DNA of 64,000 nucleotides from an uncultured Acidimicrobiia bacterium (GTDB lineage Bacteria; Acidobacteriota; Terriglobia; Versatilivoradales; Versatilivoraceae): NCBI GenBank assembly GCA_963786955.1, contig CAWBAT010000006.1, positions 480,001 to 544,000 of the forward strand, read 5' to 3'. Shown piece by piece: positions 1 to 11,279 of this stretch (position 1 is its first letter; each line of letters starts with the position of its first letter). The notes under the pieces were generated by a model. It saw only the letters and a program-made list of their open reading frames with translations, ran no database searches and was not told where the DNA came from. The position numbers and the translations under genes were made by a program.

Positions 1-974
1 CCAGGATTATCTTCCTGCCTGTCATCTTCCTTGCGATCTATTATATTGCCGGAATGGTGACAGCGACCAATCGGATTGCCAAGGTCGATGCCAGCGTCGG
101 CAGGATGGCGGATCAGATCTTGGCCGAAGTTGGAGAAATGCGGAAGGCTGAGAAGAACTTCATCCTCTTGAAGGATCCCACCTCATTTAGAAAAATCAAA
201 GAATCAGCCCAGAAAATCATTTCTTTAGCCGAAGATGGACTGATCCTCTCTCCCTCCGAGCGAAACCACTTTTCGCAAATGCGTGAGTCGGTAATGGCAT
301 ACATGGCACTTCTGGAGAACTTTTCGCAGTCAGGAAACACCCCCCAGCAGGATATGTCCACGTTGAAACGATTTTCTGGAGGGGTCGAAGATTACCAGAA
401 AAGAATCGATAGCCTTCTGAGCGTCGCCAGAAGATCCAGAACCCAGGAAGAGATTGCGCAGTCGATCGATGAAGTCAGCACAACGGCCATGTCATTTGAC
501 CAATTTATTATTCAATCGGCCATTGGCTCTGAGCCTTCTCGTCTGAAGCTTCTCTCAGAATTGCAAACCCGGGGCGAAGAAGTCGCCGCTCAGGCCCGTC
601 TGGTCAATGACAATGGATGGAAGAATGTGGAGGAAGAGAGGGCTCGAACCGAAAGCTTAGGCCACCGCGCAACTCTGCTGATCACGTTGACCTTGATTGT
701 GACGTTTCTCTTTAGTTTTGCATTGACGTGGTACCTTCCCCGACGCCTGCTTCAACCCGTTCGGGAAATTACCCAAGCGTTGAGGCGGGCTTCGAACGGA
801 AATTACGACGTATTTCTAAACTTGAACGCTAAAGACGAGTTGGGAGATTTAGTGAAGGAGTTTCACAATTTGGTCCATCACATGAGAGGGAGGGAAAACA
901 ACAGGAATCAGTTGAACGGGAAATCACACCGCTCTAAAGAGGAAGAGCGCGAAAATTCTTATATTGTATTTTGA
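1..974 (+). CDS. Membrane sensor protein: TM, periplasmic helical domain, TM, HAMP (5' end lies outside the window)
   Basis: The frame is open from the window start (RIIFLPVIFLAIYYIAGM, TM1). TM2 is LLITLTLIVTFLFSFALTWYL. HAMP signature is LLQPVREIT..ASNGNY..AKDELGDLVKEFHNL. No output domain follows. Confidence 0.75.
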   Translation, partial: RIIFLPVIFLAIYYIAGMVTATNRIAKVDASVGRMADQILAEVGEMRKAEKNFILLKDPTSFRKIKESAQKIISLAEDGLILSPSERNHFSQMRESVMAYMALLENFSQSGNTPQQDMSTLKRFSGGVEDYQKRIDSLLSVARRSRTQEEIAQSIDEVSTTAMSFDQFIIQSAIGSEPSRLKLLSELQTRGEEVAAQARLVNDNGWKNVEEERARTESLGHRATLLITLTLIVTFLFSFALTWYLPRRLLQPVREITQALRRASNGNYDVFLNLNAKDELGDLVKEFHNLVHHMRGRENNRNQLNGKSHRSKEEERENSYIVF

Positions 975-1047
975 AAAAGCAAGTCGGTCGCAGGAAAGTC
1001 CACAGTCTTCTCCACCCGATAATGATCAAATCCCAGGGATGTACCCT

Positions 1048-1413
1048 TCAAGTCCAATCCTCTCCTGGAAATATGACCCCAAAAAAGTCCGTTGTTTGAA
1101 TGAATTCAATGCCGACGTGACCGAGAGAGTCGTCTTGTTGTGATCCAATCCACACAATCCGAAAATCGGACCAGTGTTCGCTGGATTTAATCCGCACCTG
1201 CAAGATCGAGTCTTCCCCTAATTCATGAACTGAGAAGATACGCGCCCCGTATTTACTGACAACAAAAGTCTCTGTTTCTTCTTCGAATTCATAGCCATTT
1301 TGGTCGATTCCCCTAATTACCACAGGGATGCGAACCATGGCTCGAGGACTGCGACGCAGGACATATCCTTTCACGTCACCAGAGTTTTCTGCGTTGGACT
1401 CTTTTGCTTTCAT
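1048..1413 (-). CDS. PilZ-domain protein
   Basis: RRSPR motif followed by the (D/N)xSxxG-like segment VVSKYGARI and a terminal VGIEF. Likely start is MKAKES at 1413. Confidence 0.7.
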   Translation of the reverse strand: MKAKESNAENSGDVKGYVLRRSPRAMVRIPVVIRGIDQNGYEFEEETETFVVSKYGARIFSVHELGEDSILQVRIKSSEHWSDFRIVWIGSQQDDSLGHVGIEFIQTTDFFGVIFPGEDWT

Positions 1414-1531
1414 AAATCCTCGCAAGTACAGGATGATAACAGACAGTTTTTGCCAGAGCGGCCGAGCCTCTCCGGCAATCGACACTCTTATATTTCGGAA
1501 AAATGGACATAAAAGATAAGCGTTTATTTTG

Positions 1532-2582
<1,051 letters not shown>

Positions 2583-3038
2583 TCAGGAATTGTGCCTTCC
2601 TCAAAGTTATCGGCAACCCCTATAAACACATTAGACTTGCATGGAAGATTCTAGTTGAGCAGATGCATGGAAAAGTTTCACGGGGGCCCAAAGGTCGCTC
2701 CTCTGGAATTTCAGAATCGGTGGGCACTGTTTCCCACAAACTAAAGGCTCCTAGCGGAGCCAAAGGCAATCGATGAACATTCATTTGACTCCGGGATTTG
2801 CGAAGAACATAATTTCAGGGCTCTGGATCTTACCCAATCAATCTATTTTTCGGAGATCAGTCGCCGTCTATTCCCCTTTCGGTAGGGCAGGTTGAACGAA
2901 GTCTAATGGAGGAATTTTTCCCGTTCATTCAAAATATTCCTCCGGCTGATATCGGTCTTCAAATTGGAATTCACTAACCAAAGCAAGAGTGATCAAGCCA
3001 AGCTATTATACTTAAGCCGACAATAAGGAACGCAACGT

Positions 3039-3972
3039 ATGAAAATTGCTCTTGACCCATGGATGGTGCGCGACCGATCTCTTGATCAGGTCTGCCAATT
3101 TGCTGCGGAAACCGGCTACCAGTGGATTGAGCTATCCCCTCGCGAAGATTTCTTGCCCTTCTATGTTGCTCCGCAAGCTAACCGAGAGCGCATCACCGAG
3201 TTAAAGCGGGCTTTGCAGCGTCATGGCGTCAATTGGCGTCGCTCTGGACCGTCTATCACTGGTCTGACCCGAGTGATTTAGAGGCTCGCGAAATGGCTGT
3301 TCGCTATTGGAAGCATGCCATCCAGATTGCCGTCGAATTGGAATGCTCTCATCTCAACTCAGAATTCAGTGGCCGCCCGGAATCCGCGAAAAAGAGTCGG
3401 CATCGTTCTGGCGTTCCATGGAGGAACTGGTCCCCATTCTCGATAAAGAAAAAATCACTCTCAGCATTGAGCCCCACCCGGATGATTTCGTGGAAGAAGG
3501 CAATGCGGCGGTGGATATTATCCGGGCTCTCGGGTCGCCACATGTCCGGTATCTTTACTGTGCGCCGCACACCTTCCATATGGGTGGTGACATCTCCGGG
3601 ATGATCCGCTACGCGGCCCGGTGTTGGCGCACGTACACGTTGCCGACACCTTAGATCACCGGATTCCTGTCCGTTACATTGTCAATCCCTCAGGCTCCGA
3701 CAGTACGCATTCATCAACACACTAATATCGGGGAAGGAGAACTGGACTGGGACATATTTTTCCGCACGTTGCAGGAGATCGAGTTTGGCGGAATCATGAC
3801 CAACTCGGTCTTCGCTTGGCCAGACCAGGCAGAGCAGTCAGCACGGCTTATGTTGGAACGAATAAACAGTGTATTTGGCTCAATATCCACCGAGCACAAA
3901 AACTTAGATCAATGGCCGATGAGAATGGAATCGGTAAGCAGTATTAGCCATTTACCCAAGGAGGAGCAATGA
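3039..3972 (+). CDS. iolH: IolH-like sugar phosphate isomerase/epimerase (TIM barrel), several frameshifts
   Basis: MKIALDPWM, IELSPREDFLPF, NSEFSGRP, IEPHPDDF, YLYCAPHTF and HQHTNIGEGELDW spread over four consecutive ORF fragments. Confidence 0.75.
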
Positions 3973-4820
3973 GAGGAAGTTCGATTACGCTGGAAGATTA
4001 CACCCTGGAAGAGGTTGTGCGCATTTTTCGCGACAATGGATTTGATCGGGTGGAAATGTGGAAGCATCAATTGCGGCGTTGTAAAACGGATGAGCTTCGC
4101 CAGAAATTTGCAGCCTACGCTAAGGGAATGGGAATCGCGATGGGTGGGCTGAACGCCGTGGGGGAGGATTATTTCCAGCCGTTTGGGACAGATCAACAAT
4201 TCCAGGCAACATTGGACGGGCTGAAGGCCGACACGGAATTTGCCCTGTCTCTGGGAACCAAGGATGTCTTGATCTGGGAAGGGCGTGCCCCTCAGGGAAG
4301 CACGGAGAGTGAATGGTTGGACCGTTTGCTCCCTCGGCTAGTTGAACTATTACAGTCCGCCATCGCCTTTGCGGCCCCAAGGGCGTGCGTTTGCATGGTC
4401 GAACCGCATCCGTTCACGATAGGAATGAGCGATCGCGTACTCGTAAAATTATGTGACAAGCTGGATTCGGCTCACTTCGGAGTAACGTATGACTTTTGCC
4501 ATTATGGAGTCGGAAGGCCTAAGGACTATGTGACCGCGGTCCATGCTTTAGGGCCGAGAATTCGGCACATTCACTTCTCTGATTCCGACCAAAAAAGTTC
4601 AGAGTTGCATTTCCCCCCCGGGCAGGGCCGAATGGATTTGGAGTCTCTATTGAAGGCATTCAAAAACATCGGTTATGACGGGACCATGGCCTTGGATATG
4701 TATGGGTATCCATTGCCAGTGCAGGCTCTGCCGGGTGCGGCATCTCGAATGCGTGAGGCATGCGAGTTCTTAGGACTGAGGGGTGACGCCTGCCGAAAAG
4801 AGCGGCGCAACGGTCTGTGA
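3969..4820 (+). CDS. Sugar phosphate isomerase/epimerase family (xylose-isomerase-like TIM barrel)
   Basis: VEPHP, YDFCH, HIHFSDS, HFPPGQGRMD and GYDGTMALD. ATGA overlap with the upstream gene. Confidence 0.85.
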   Translation: MRGSSITLEDYTLEEVVRIFRDNGFDRVEMWKHQLRRCKTDELRQKFAAYAKGMGIAMGGLNAVGEDYFQPFGTDQQFQATLDGLKADTEFALSLGTKDVLIWEGRAPQGSTESEWLDRLLPRLVELLQSAIAFAAPRACVCMVEPHPFTIGMSDRVLVKLCDKLDSAHFGVTYDFCHYGVGRPKDYVTAVHALGPRIRHIHFSDSDQKSSELHFPPGQGRMDLESLLKAFKNIGYDGTMALDMYGYPLPVQALPGAASRMREACEFLGLRGDACRKERRNGL

Positions 4821-4947
4821 CTGCCCTGTTCTCCGAACTTCACGAGCTGCCAGTGGGATGAACGCGCGTGAGGGACCGGCGTCGCAGAGCTCTGCCCTCC
4901 AGATTGGATTGTCAAGGGCTTGGGGGGAGAAGTCATTAAGGCCCTCA

Positions 4948-6531
4948 TTATTCCCTTTCTCGATCTACAATCAAATCAAAGTCACCTTCCAGTACTCGGT
5001 CGAGTTTGCCGGTTCGCCACCCACGGACACCATCGCGCACCAAAGGCGAGGGATGCTCGCGGTACCGCCGCACTACCGTGAGGTTTGCCGGCCCATGAGA
5101 ATCAAAAGCATGGATCGCTTGCTGACGAAGAGGTTCTAGACCAGGTCCGACGGGCTCATCCGGTTGAGGCACAACACGCACTTGCATCCGGCAACGCTTA
5201 AACGACTTTTCCTCTTGCTCAGGGATCTCTAAAATGTGTAGGCCATCTTCAGGGTGCAGAATCGGAAATGCGGCGAACCCAGACAAGCCAAGAAGGAGAT
5301 GGTAAGGAGTTTTTCCGTCTCCTCCGACTTCTTCGAGAAGTTGAATCTGCATGCGCCGTTTTTCGGCCCAACCGCGGTACATCTTACCCAACCTAACGGC
5401 AAATTCATCATTCAATGATGCCGCCACCCCGGAATCTCTGCTGGCTTGAACCAAGAGAAACGCTTCAGACGGGTGCTTCGTTTGGAGGTTGGAGCAAGCC
5501 TTCTCAAGCAAATACAATTGTTGGGCGAGTCGCTTCATCAAATCGCGAGGAAAGTGCAGTCTATTTTCGTTTCTTCCGCCTGACAAACGCCTTAGCAGCG
5601 ACCCGGCCGTCTCAAATCCTGACTCAATCCGGTCCAAATACTCTACTTTCCCAAGGATCGCAAATCGATCGGACGAGTTCCAAAAATCAGGGCAGGAAAT
5701 TAAGGAAAGTGAATCCATCTTGCTGTCTTGCCATTCTGTGCTTCCTACGATCTGACCCAGCCTTTCATGGTGTGAGCGGAGGCAGCTCATCTCAGGGGAC
5801 GTCCCCAGAGCATCCAGAGCGATCTCCTCTATCTGGACGGCATCATCCGGCTCCACCGCACCCATCACTAAACCAATTCCCTCAGTTGCCGTATCATCGA
5901 CCGCATCAGGATCGACAAATTCAACCCTCAAGTCCTTGCCATCACTTCTGACAAAGAGAAACTGGTCTCCCTCCGGAAATTGATGGTTGACAATCGTATT
6001 GGCTAACGGTGAAAGCAGATAGCGCTCAATCGCACGCTTGAGAGGCCGCGCACCCAAATCAGGCGTAAAGCCTTTTTCGAGGAGGAATTCGGTCGCCGCA
6101 TCGTCACATTCTACGGCCCACGCACGATTCCGTAGTCCGCGACGCTGAAAGACCTCATCGAGTTCTTTGCGCAATATCTCACGCATAGTATCCCGACTGA
6201 GCGGACGAAACACGATTACCCGGTCAATACGATTTAAGAATTCCTTTCGGAAGGAATGATTTACTGCACGCTCCACGGCTGCCGGGTTAAACCTGGAACT
6301 GTCGGGACTGAACCCCAGACTCGCACCGCTTGGAACCGTACCACCAAGGTTGGATGTCATGATGATGGCGTGACGGAAGTCTGCCGTGATCCCACTCCGG
6401 TCGGTGAGTCTTCCATCGTCAAAGACTTGCAGGAAAAGATCCCATATCCTGGAATTCGCTTTCTCAAACTCATCCAATAAAATCACTGAAAACGGCTGCT
6501 TCTGGATGAGCTGAATTCTGATAGTAATCAT
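4948..6531 (-). CDS. ClpA/ClpB-type AAA+ D2 module (Walker A absent) fused to a release-factor-2-like domain lacking GGQ
   Basis: Clp D2 motifs: [52 protein letters not shown]2-like blocks: [44 protein letters not shown]. Confidence 0.8.
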   Translation of the reverse strand: [527 protein letters not shown]

Positions 6532-6733
6532 TCAGTGCAGAGGCTAGGGTGTAAGGTAATGCGAGATCGGGCTTTACCGGCGGCTTCGAGGTAGCATGGT
6601 CCGAAGGTTGAGAACGCGGGAGATCTAACTTGGTCAGCTTTGGTGGAGCTTTCAGCATATGCTGTGAAATTTGCCAGAGCAAGTATAAGAGCCCAAGAAA
6701 AAGGGCCAAAAAAAAGACTTCCGTGCTGCTCAT
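6470..6733 (-). CDS. N-terminal membrane-anchored segment, probably the 5' part of the AAA+/RF2 gene
   Basis: TM helix VFFLALFLGLLYLLW followed by a Pro-rich linker. It overlaps the AAA ORF out of frame. Confidence 0.5.
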   Translation of the reverse strand: MSSTEVFFLALFLGLLYLLWQISQHMLKAPPKLTKLDLPRSQPSDHATSKPPVKPDLALPYTLASALNDYYQNSAHPEAAVFSDFIG

Positions 6734-7565
6734 AACTCACTCTCTAGGGAAAATCTGGAATAAGAATAGCAGATAGAGTATGCAAATTCAGCAAGTGGAT
6801 TTAGAATTCTCCGCCGGAGTTCCGTACTTGCAATCACAGGTCACCCCTCTGGAAGCTATAGAAGCGAACGCGGCTGGCGACTACAATCAGTAGGCTTCTA
6901 GCGGAACCCATGACTTGCTTAATGAGTTATGATGAGAGTAAGCTGCGAAGAAATGATTTTCAACTAAGTGGTTTTTCATAAAATGAGAAGAAAAGCCACG
7001 GACCCCGATTTCTGGTCCGCGTTACAGCCCGCAAGCCGCAGCGCGGCGGCCTGATTATTGAACCTGAAATTCTATCAGAGGCGAAGCTCCGTCAGGAGCG
7101 ACCCGTTGGCGTTTGTGCTGCGCCGAATCAACGCACAAAGTGGAAATATGACACACGACATACTAAGACTCAACGGCTTCGAGCTCAAATTCTCAAGTGT
7201 AGGAAAGTGTTGGCCCCACAGAGCCGATAAGACCTTAGATCGTATATAATAATTTTGTTTTTTTCAGCAATAGTGTGATGTGCTAACTGAGTTTGGGCGA
7301 GCGTGGGAGCTATACTCATCCATCAACTGAACAGCCAATGAGAAGCATTGGGGAATATCAATAGAAATAGATGCAGACAACCAATCTCGTCTGACGATTT
7401 GAAAAATAACCCATCATGAAACGACCGACTAACATTAAAATTCCAGGATTTGCTCTTTATCCGTCTAGACTGGTTCGAAAAAACAGTTCCTCTGGGTAAC
7501 ATCTCGTCCTTTTGTTCGTAGTCTGTTCCCATTTTTTGAAAAAAACAGAAAGGAGTTTTTATTAG

Positions 7566-8687
7566 ATGCAAATCTCTAACAGTAAGGTCCTCATCACTGG
7601 TGGAGCAGGCTTGATTGGTTCCCACCTTGCTGATGCGCTTCTAACACGAAATTGCCGGGTTAAGCTCCTGGATAGCCTTGAACCCTATACCCATCCACAC
7701 GGAGTACCTGAATGGATCCCTCGGGAAGTGGAGTTTATTTCCGGCAATCTCCGAGATAAGGGCACTCTTGAGGAAGCCCTTCATGACGTGGACTTGGTAT
7801 TCCACCAAGCTGCATTCACCGGATTTGATCCTGAGTCCACACGTTATCTCGATGCAAACACTTTGGGTACTGCACAAATCTTCGACGCCATCGCAGAACA
7901 GCACTTTCCGGTACGAAAAATCATAGTCGCCTCTTCTCTTTCCATCTATGGAGAGGGGAAGTACCAGTGCCAGAACCACGGGGTCAGTTATCCTGAGATG
8001 CGCCCCATAGCAAAGCTCAAGCAACATCATTGGCAGCCTGAGTGTCTTTTGTGTGGCAAGGTCCTAGAATGGCTGCCCACCGACGAAGCGAGTCCTACAC
8101 TGCCCTTCACACCCTACGCAGTCTCTAAGTACGCTGCTGAGCTTCTTGCACTTGCGCTGGGAAAACGGCTGGAGATACCAACCGTAGCGCTTCGTTACGC
8201 TGTGGCCTACGGCCCTCGCCAGTCCATATTTAACGCATACAGCACTGTCATCACTACCTTTGCTACTTTACTGGCTAATGACCGGCCTCCAGTACTCTAC
8301 GAAGATGGCCAGCAATGCCGCGACTGGACGTACGTGGAAGATATCGTCCGCGCAAATCTTTTCGTGATGGAAGACGAGCGTACAAACTACCAATCCTATA
8401 ACGTGGGGACTGGAGAGGCAGGAAGTGTCAGACAAATCGCCGAACTGCTTGCCAAGGGTCTAGGGCGATCTATTGAGCCCGTAACACCTGGGCAGTTTCG
8501 ACCTGGAGACATCAGGAACTTGGTTCTCGACGTCAGCAAGCTGCGGGCTCTTGGTTTCGAGACCCGCTTGTCTTTAGAGGAGGGTATTGCTCGGTTTTTA
8601 ATTTGGTTTCAGTCCTTGGGAAAAGTCCCACAGTACTACTCTATTCTTGAAGAACGAATGCGAACTAGCGGCGAACTCCTCTCTTAA
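7566..8687 (+). CDS. NAD-dependent nucleotide-sugar epimerase/dehydratase (extended SDR)
   Basis: ITGGAGLIGSH, HQAA, YAVSK (YxxxK), YGPRQ and DGQQCRDW. Confidence 0.92.
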   Translation: MQISNSKVLITGGAGLIGSHLADALLTRNCRVKLLDSLEPYTHPHGVPEWIPREVEFISGNLRDKGTLEEALHDVDLVFHQAAFTGFDPESTRYLDANTLGTAQIFDAIAEQHFPVRKIIVASSLSIYGEGKYQCQNHGVSYPEMRPIAKLKQHHWQPECLLCGKVLEWLPTDEASPTLPFTPYAVSKYAAELLALALGKRLEIPTVALRYAVAYGPRQSIFNAYSTVITTFATLLANDRPPVLYEDGQQCRDWTYVEDIVRANLFVMEDERTNYQSYNVGTGEAGSVRQIAELLAKGLGRSIEPVTPGQFRPGDIRNLVLDVSKLRALGFETRLSLEEGIARFLIWFQSLGKVPQYYSILEERMRTSGELLS

Positions 8688-8837
8688 GAGAAGGTGATGC
8701 GTAGGGAACATGCCAGTCGATAGGACGCAAGTATTGGCCTCGGAAATATCACTATTCAGGAACTGACTATTTACATGGCCGAAATCTGATTCCAGAATAG
8801 GGCTTACGAGGGCCCATCTGTTTACGTTTCGACATCT

Positions 8838-10820
8838 CTAGCGACAGTAGCTTATATCCCAGAGGATGAGTGGCTTGGGTAAGGATACACCATTGACAGG
8901 GTTCTTATCCAGGCGGTCAATTTCTTGCAGCGCAACGCACTTGTCAAGTAGGAGTCTGGGATATCCCATAGTATATAGGTGAGTCGCACCAAGCTCTTTC
9001 AAGGTAGATAATCTTAAACTGTAGGCATCAGACGCCTCTTCTGCATCCAGATTCCATAACCAGGCTTTCTTAGGTGGCTCCTCTGCTAATATACGGATAG
9101 ACTCCATAAAATTCACAACCCGATTCTGAAGAGTTTTACCATAGAGGCCATAATTGTTAGGACGAGAACTTAGATTAACTATGACAGAACCTTGGGGAAG
9201 ATTGTCGATCGCTGAAGGATAACCATAGAAAGCATGACGGGTGAAATTTCTTGAATGAAGAAAACTACTGCCGAATTCAACAAGTTGCTGGGAAAAGATA
9301 ACAAACAACATGAAGCAGATGCATAGGGCGATCACAAATTCCAAACAGGTTCGAGATAGTCCTCTTGTCTGACTTACCGTCGACGCAACCAGAGGCACAA
9401 GAAATATCAGTGCTCCCATGCAATATCTGGGCTGGCGATCACCCAATACCCACCAAACTGAAAAAACGAGAATCCCACCCACGAGTAATGAGGCAATTGC
9501 ATGCCTCCTCCGGGTTCTTCCCTTGAATACACGGATCAGGCTCGTTAGACAAGCGACTGGAACTGCACATGCGAAAAAAGCCCCCAATCCTGACGACCCC
9601 TTGTAGTTCTGACCAATATAGTGCCACTCGAGCCACGGATAGGCGTACCATTCAATTGAGGAGCGCACAAACTCGAATTGAGTGTCGAGTATTTGGGAGC
9701 GACGCAAGTAGTCAATGTCCGGCGCTTTCGTCCAACCAAACGTCTCGAACAAAGGCAAGTACACAGGATAGAGCGGATTTCCCAATTGTGTTTGGTTTCG
9801 CAAAAGCCAAAAAGCAGCCATGCTAAAGAAGGAGATCAGGAAAACGAGTGCGGGGTAGACGCTGCTCGTAAACCCAATTTTTGGCAGTTTATCCCGAGAT
9901 TTCCTGGAAGCCAGAAGTAGAATTAAAAAGAACAAGAACGCAGCACTTATCAAGTGCAAGCTCTTAAATCCGAAAGCCAGTCCTGCCGCCAGACCCCCCA
10001 GAACCTGATGTGACAGTGGATGATCCGATTTCGATATCGTAAAAAAGACGGCAATTGCCAGAAACGTAACTCCTCCAAGGTCAGCTTCTGTCTCAAAAGC
10101 AGCAATGCCTATCATCGGAATACTCAAAATGCCGAGTGATGCCAGCAAGCTGGCGATCTTGTCGGCTCCGATTGCTTGGCCAAGTCCATAGGTGGCAATA
10201 ACCAGGGTAACCACAAATACCAAGTTGGAGACTGCCAGAAGATGTTCAGATATGAATCCCAGAAAAAAACTGAAATAAATGCTCGCATTTGCAGGATGAG
10301 TGTGGAGAAATGAGGTGTCCCATATCTTAAGCGACTGCGATTGAATGATGTTGACCGCGAGCGGTAAATGATAAGCACTCGCTTCAAATCCACGGGGGAA
10401 CCCTGGGATGATCATTAAGGCTATCAAAACGAAAGTAAAAAATGTGGTGATCCCAAGTGCTCGGCTTAAACCCTTCCCCGGCATGGAAACTCCATCCACG
10501 ACATTTTGTACTTGACCGAAATGGTAGTCACGCTTCGTCAGCACAGATCCCATTTCGGGGAAGTACAAACAACTCGCGCCAAGCGCAACAAGGGCAACCA
10601 CGGAGCCATAATAAAGATTCACGACAGGAATATTAAAAGCTAGATTTATGAAGCCTAGGACAAAATATCCACCAAAAAAAATTGTAAAGAAAAGAACCAC
10701 CCAAGTCAGAAACGCTGTAACGCTATCTTTCTCTTTAGACCTAACCATCATTTGTCGCGCTGACAAGCTGGCAAAGACGACACACGTCAAGAGATAGAGA
10801 ACTGAAGCAAGAGTGCTCAT
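8838..10820 (-). CDS. Polytopic membrane protein, probable GT-C (ArnT/PMT-like) glycosyltransferase
   Basis: About 14 TM helices; luminal loop motif E.SAYHLP..; GLAFGFK; GNPLYP; QPRY. Located in a sugar-biosynthesis operon. Confidence 0.6.
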   Translation of the reverse strand: MSTLASVLYLLTCVVFASLSARQMMVRSKEKDSVTAFLTWVVLFFTIFFGGYFVLGFINLAFNIPVVNLYYGSVVALVALGASCLYFPEMGSVLTKRDYHFGQVQNVVDGVSMPGKGLSRALGITTFFTFVLIALMIIPGFPRGFEASAYHLPLAVNIIQSQSLKIWDTSFLHTHPANASIYFSFFLGFISEHLLAVSNLVFVVTLVIATYGLGQAIGADKIASLLASLGILSIPMIGIAAFETEADLGGVTFLAIAVFFTISKSDHPLSHQVLGGLAAGLAFGFKSLHLISAAFLFFLILLLASRKSRDKLPKIGFTSSVYPALVFLISFFSMAAFWLLRNQTQLGNPLYPVYLPLFETFGWTKAPDIDYLRRSQILDTQFEFVRSSIEWYAYPWLEWHYIGQNYKGSSGLGAFFACAVPVACLTSLIRVFKGRTRRRHAIASLLVGGILVFSVWWVLGDRQPRYCMGALIFLVPLVASTVSQTRGLSRTCLEFVIALCICFMLFVIFSQQLVEFGSSFLHSRNFTRHAFYGYPSAIDNLPQGSVIVNLSSRPNNYGLYGKTLQNRVVNFMESIRILAEEPPKKAWLWNLDAEEASDAYSLRLSTLKELGATHLYTMGYPRLLLDKCVALQEIDRLDKNPVNGVSLPKPLILWDISYCR

Positions 10821-11077
10821 TTTAGAATCACAATTGTTTTCTCAATGGTTCGGACAAGAAAAAGGATGTGGTTTTTCACGGCATAGCTGGTTAAAAAATA
10901 AACGAGCGCTGAAATCCCACTAAGCCAGACTGACATGATTGCGATCCAATCCTCTCCTTTGGTTCCCTCAATCAAAGAAGATTGCAGGCTGTCTTCTGAG
11001 CCATTTCTAGAATTCTGTGACCTTTCCTCCATCCGGAATCTCCTGATAACAGAATAGAGTAAGCTGGGGCCTGCCAT
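10817..11077 (-). CDS. Small hypothetical membrane protein
   Basis: One hydrophobic helix (WIAIMSVWLSGISALVYFL) and an ATGA overlap with the GT-C-like gene. Confidence 0.4.
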   Translation of the reverse strand: MAGPSLLYSVIRRFRMEERSQNSRNGSEDSLQSSLIEGTKGEDWIAIMSVWLSGISALVYFLTSYAVKNHILFLVRTIEKTIVILK

Positions 11078-11279
11078 TCCGCGAATCTCGGCTACAGTGG
11101 GAACCGAAGCTTTGCGTGAGTATATTCCCGGTCACGCTCTTGTAAGTCATTGTCACGAATTACAGTGGTGGGCTTGTTACAATCCAGCAGAAAACGGGAC
11201 AATGACTCTCACCTTCGAAAAGGATTTCCATTAGCTAGAGATGACACTAGATGGCAATCCTAAATTGGAAAGTTTCCGA

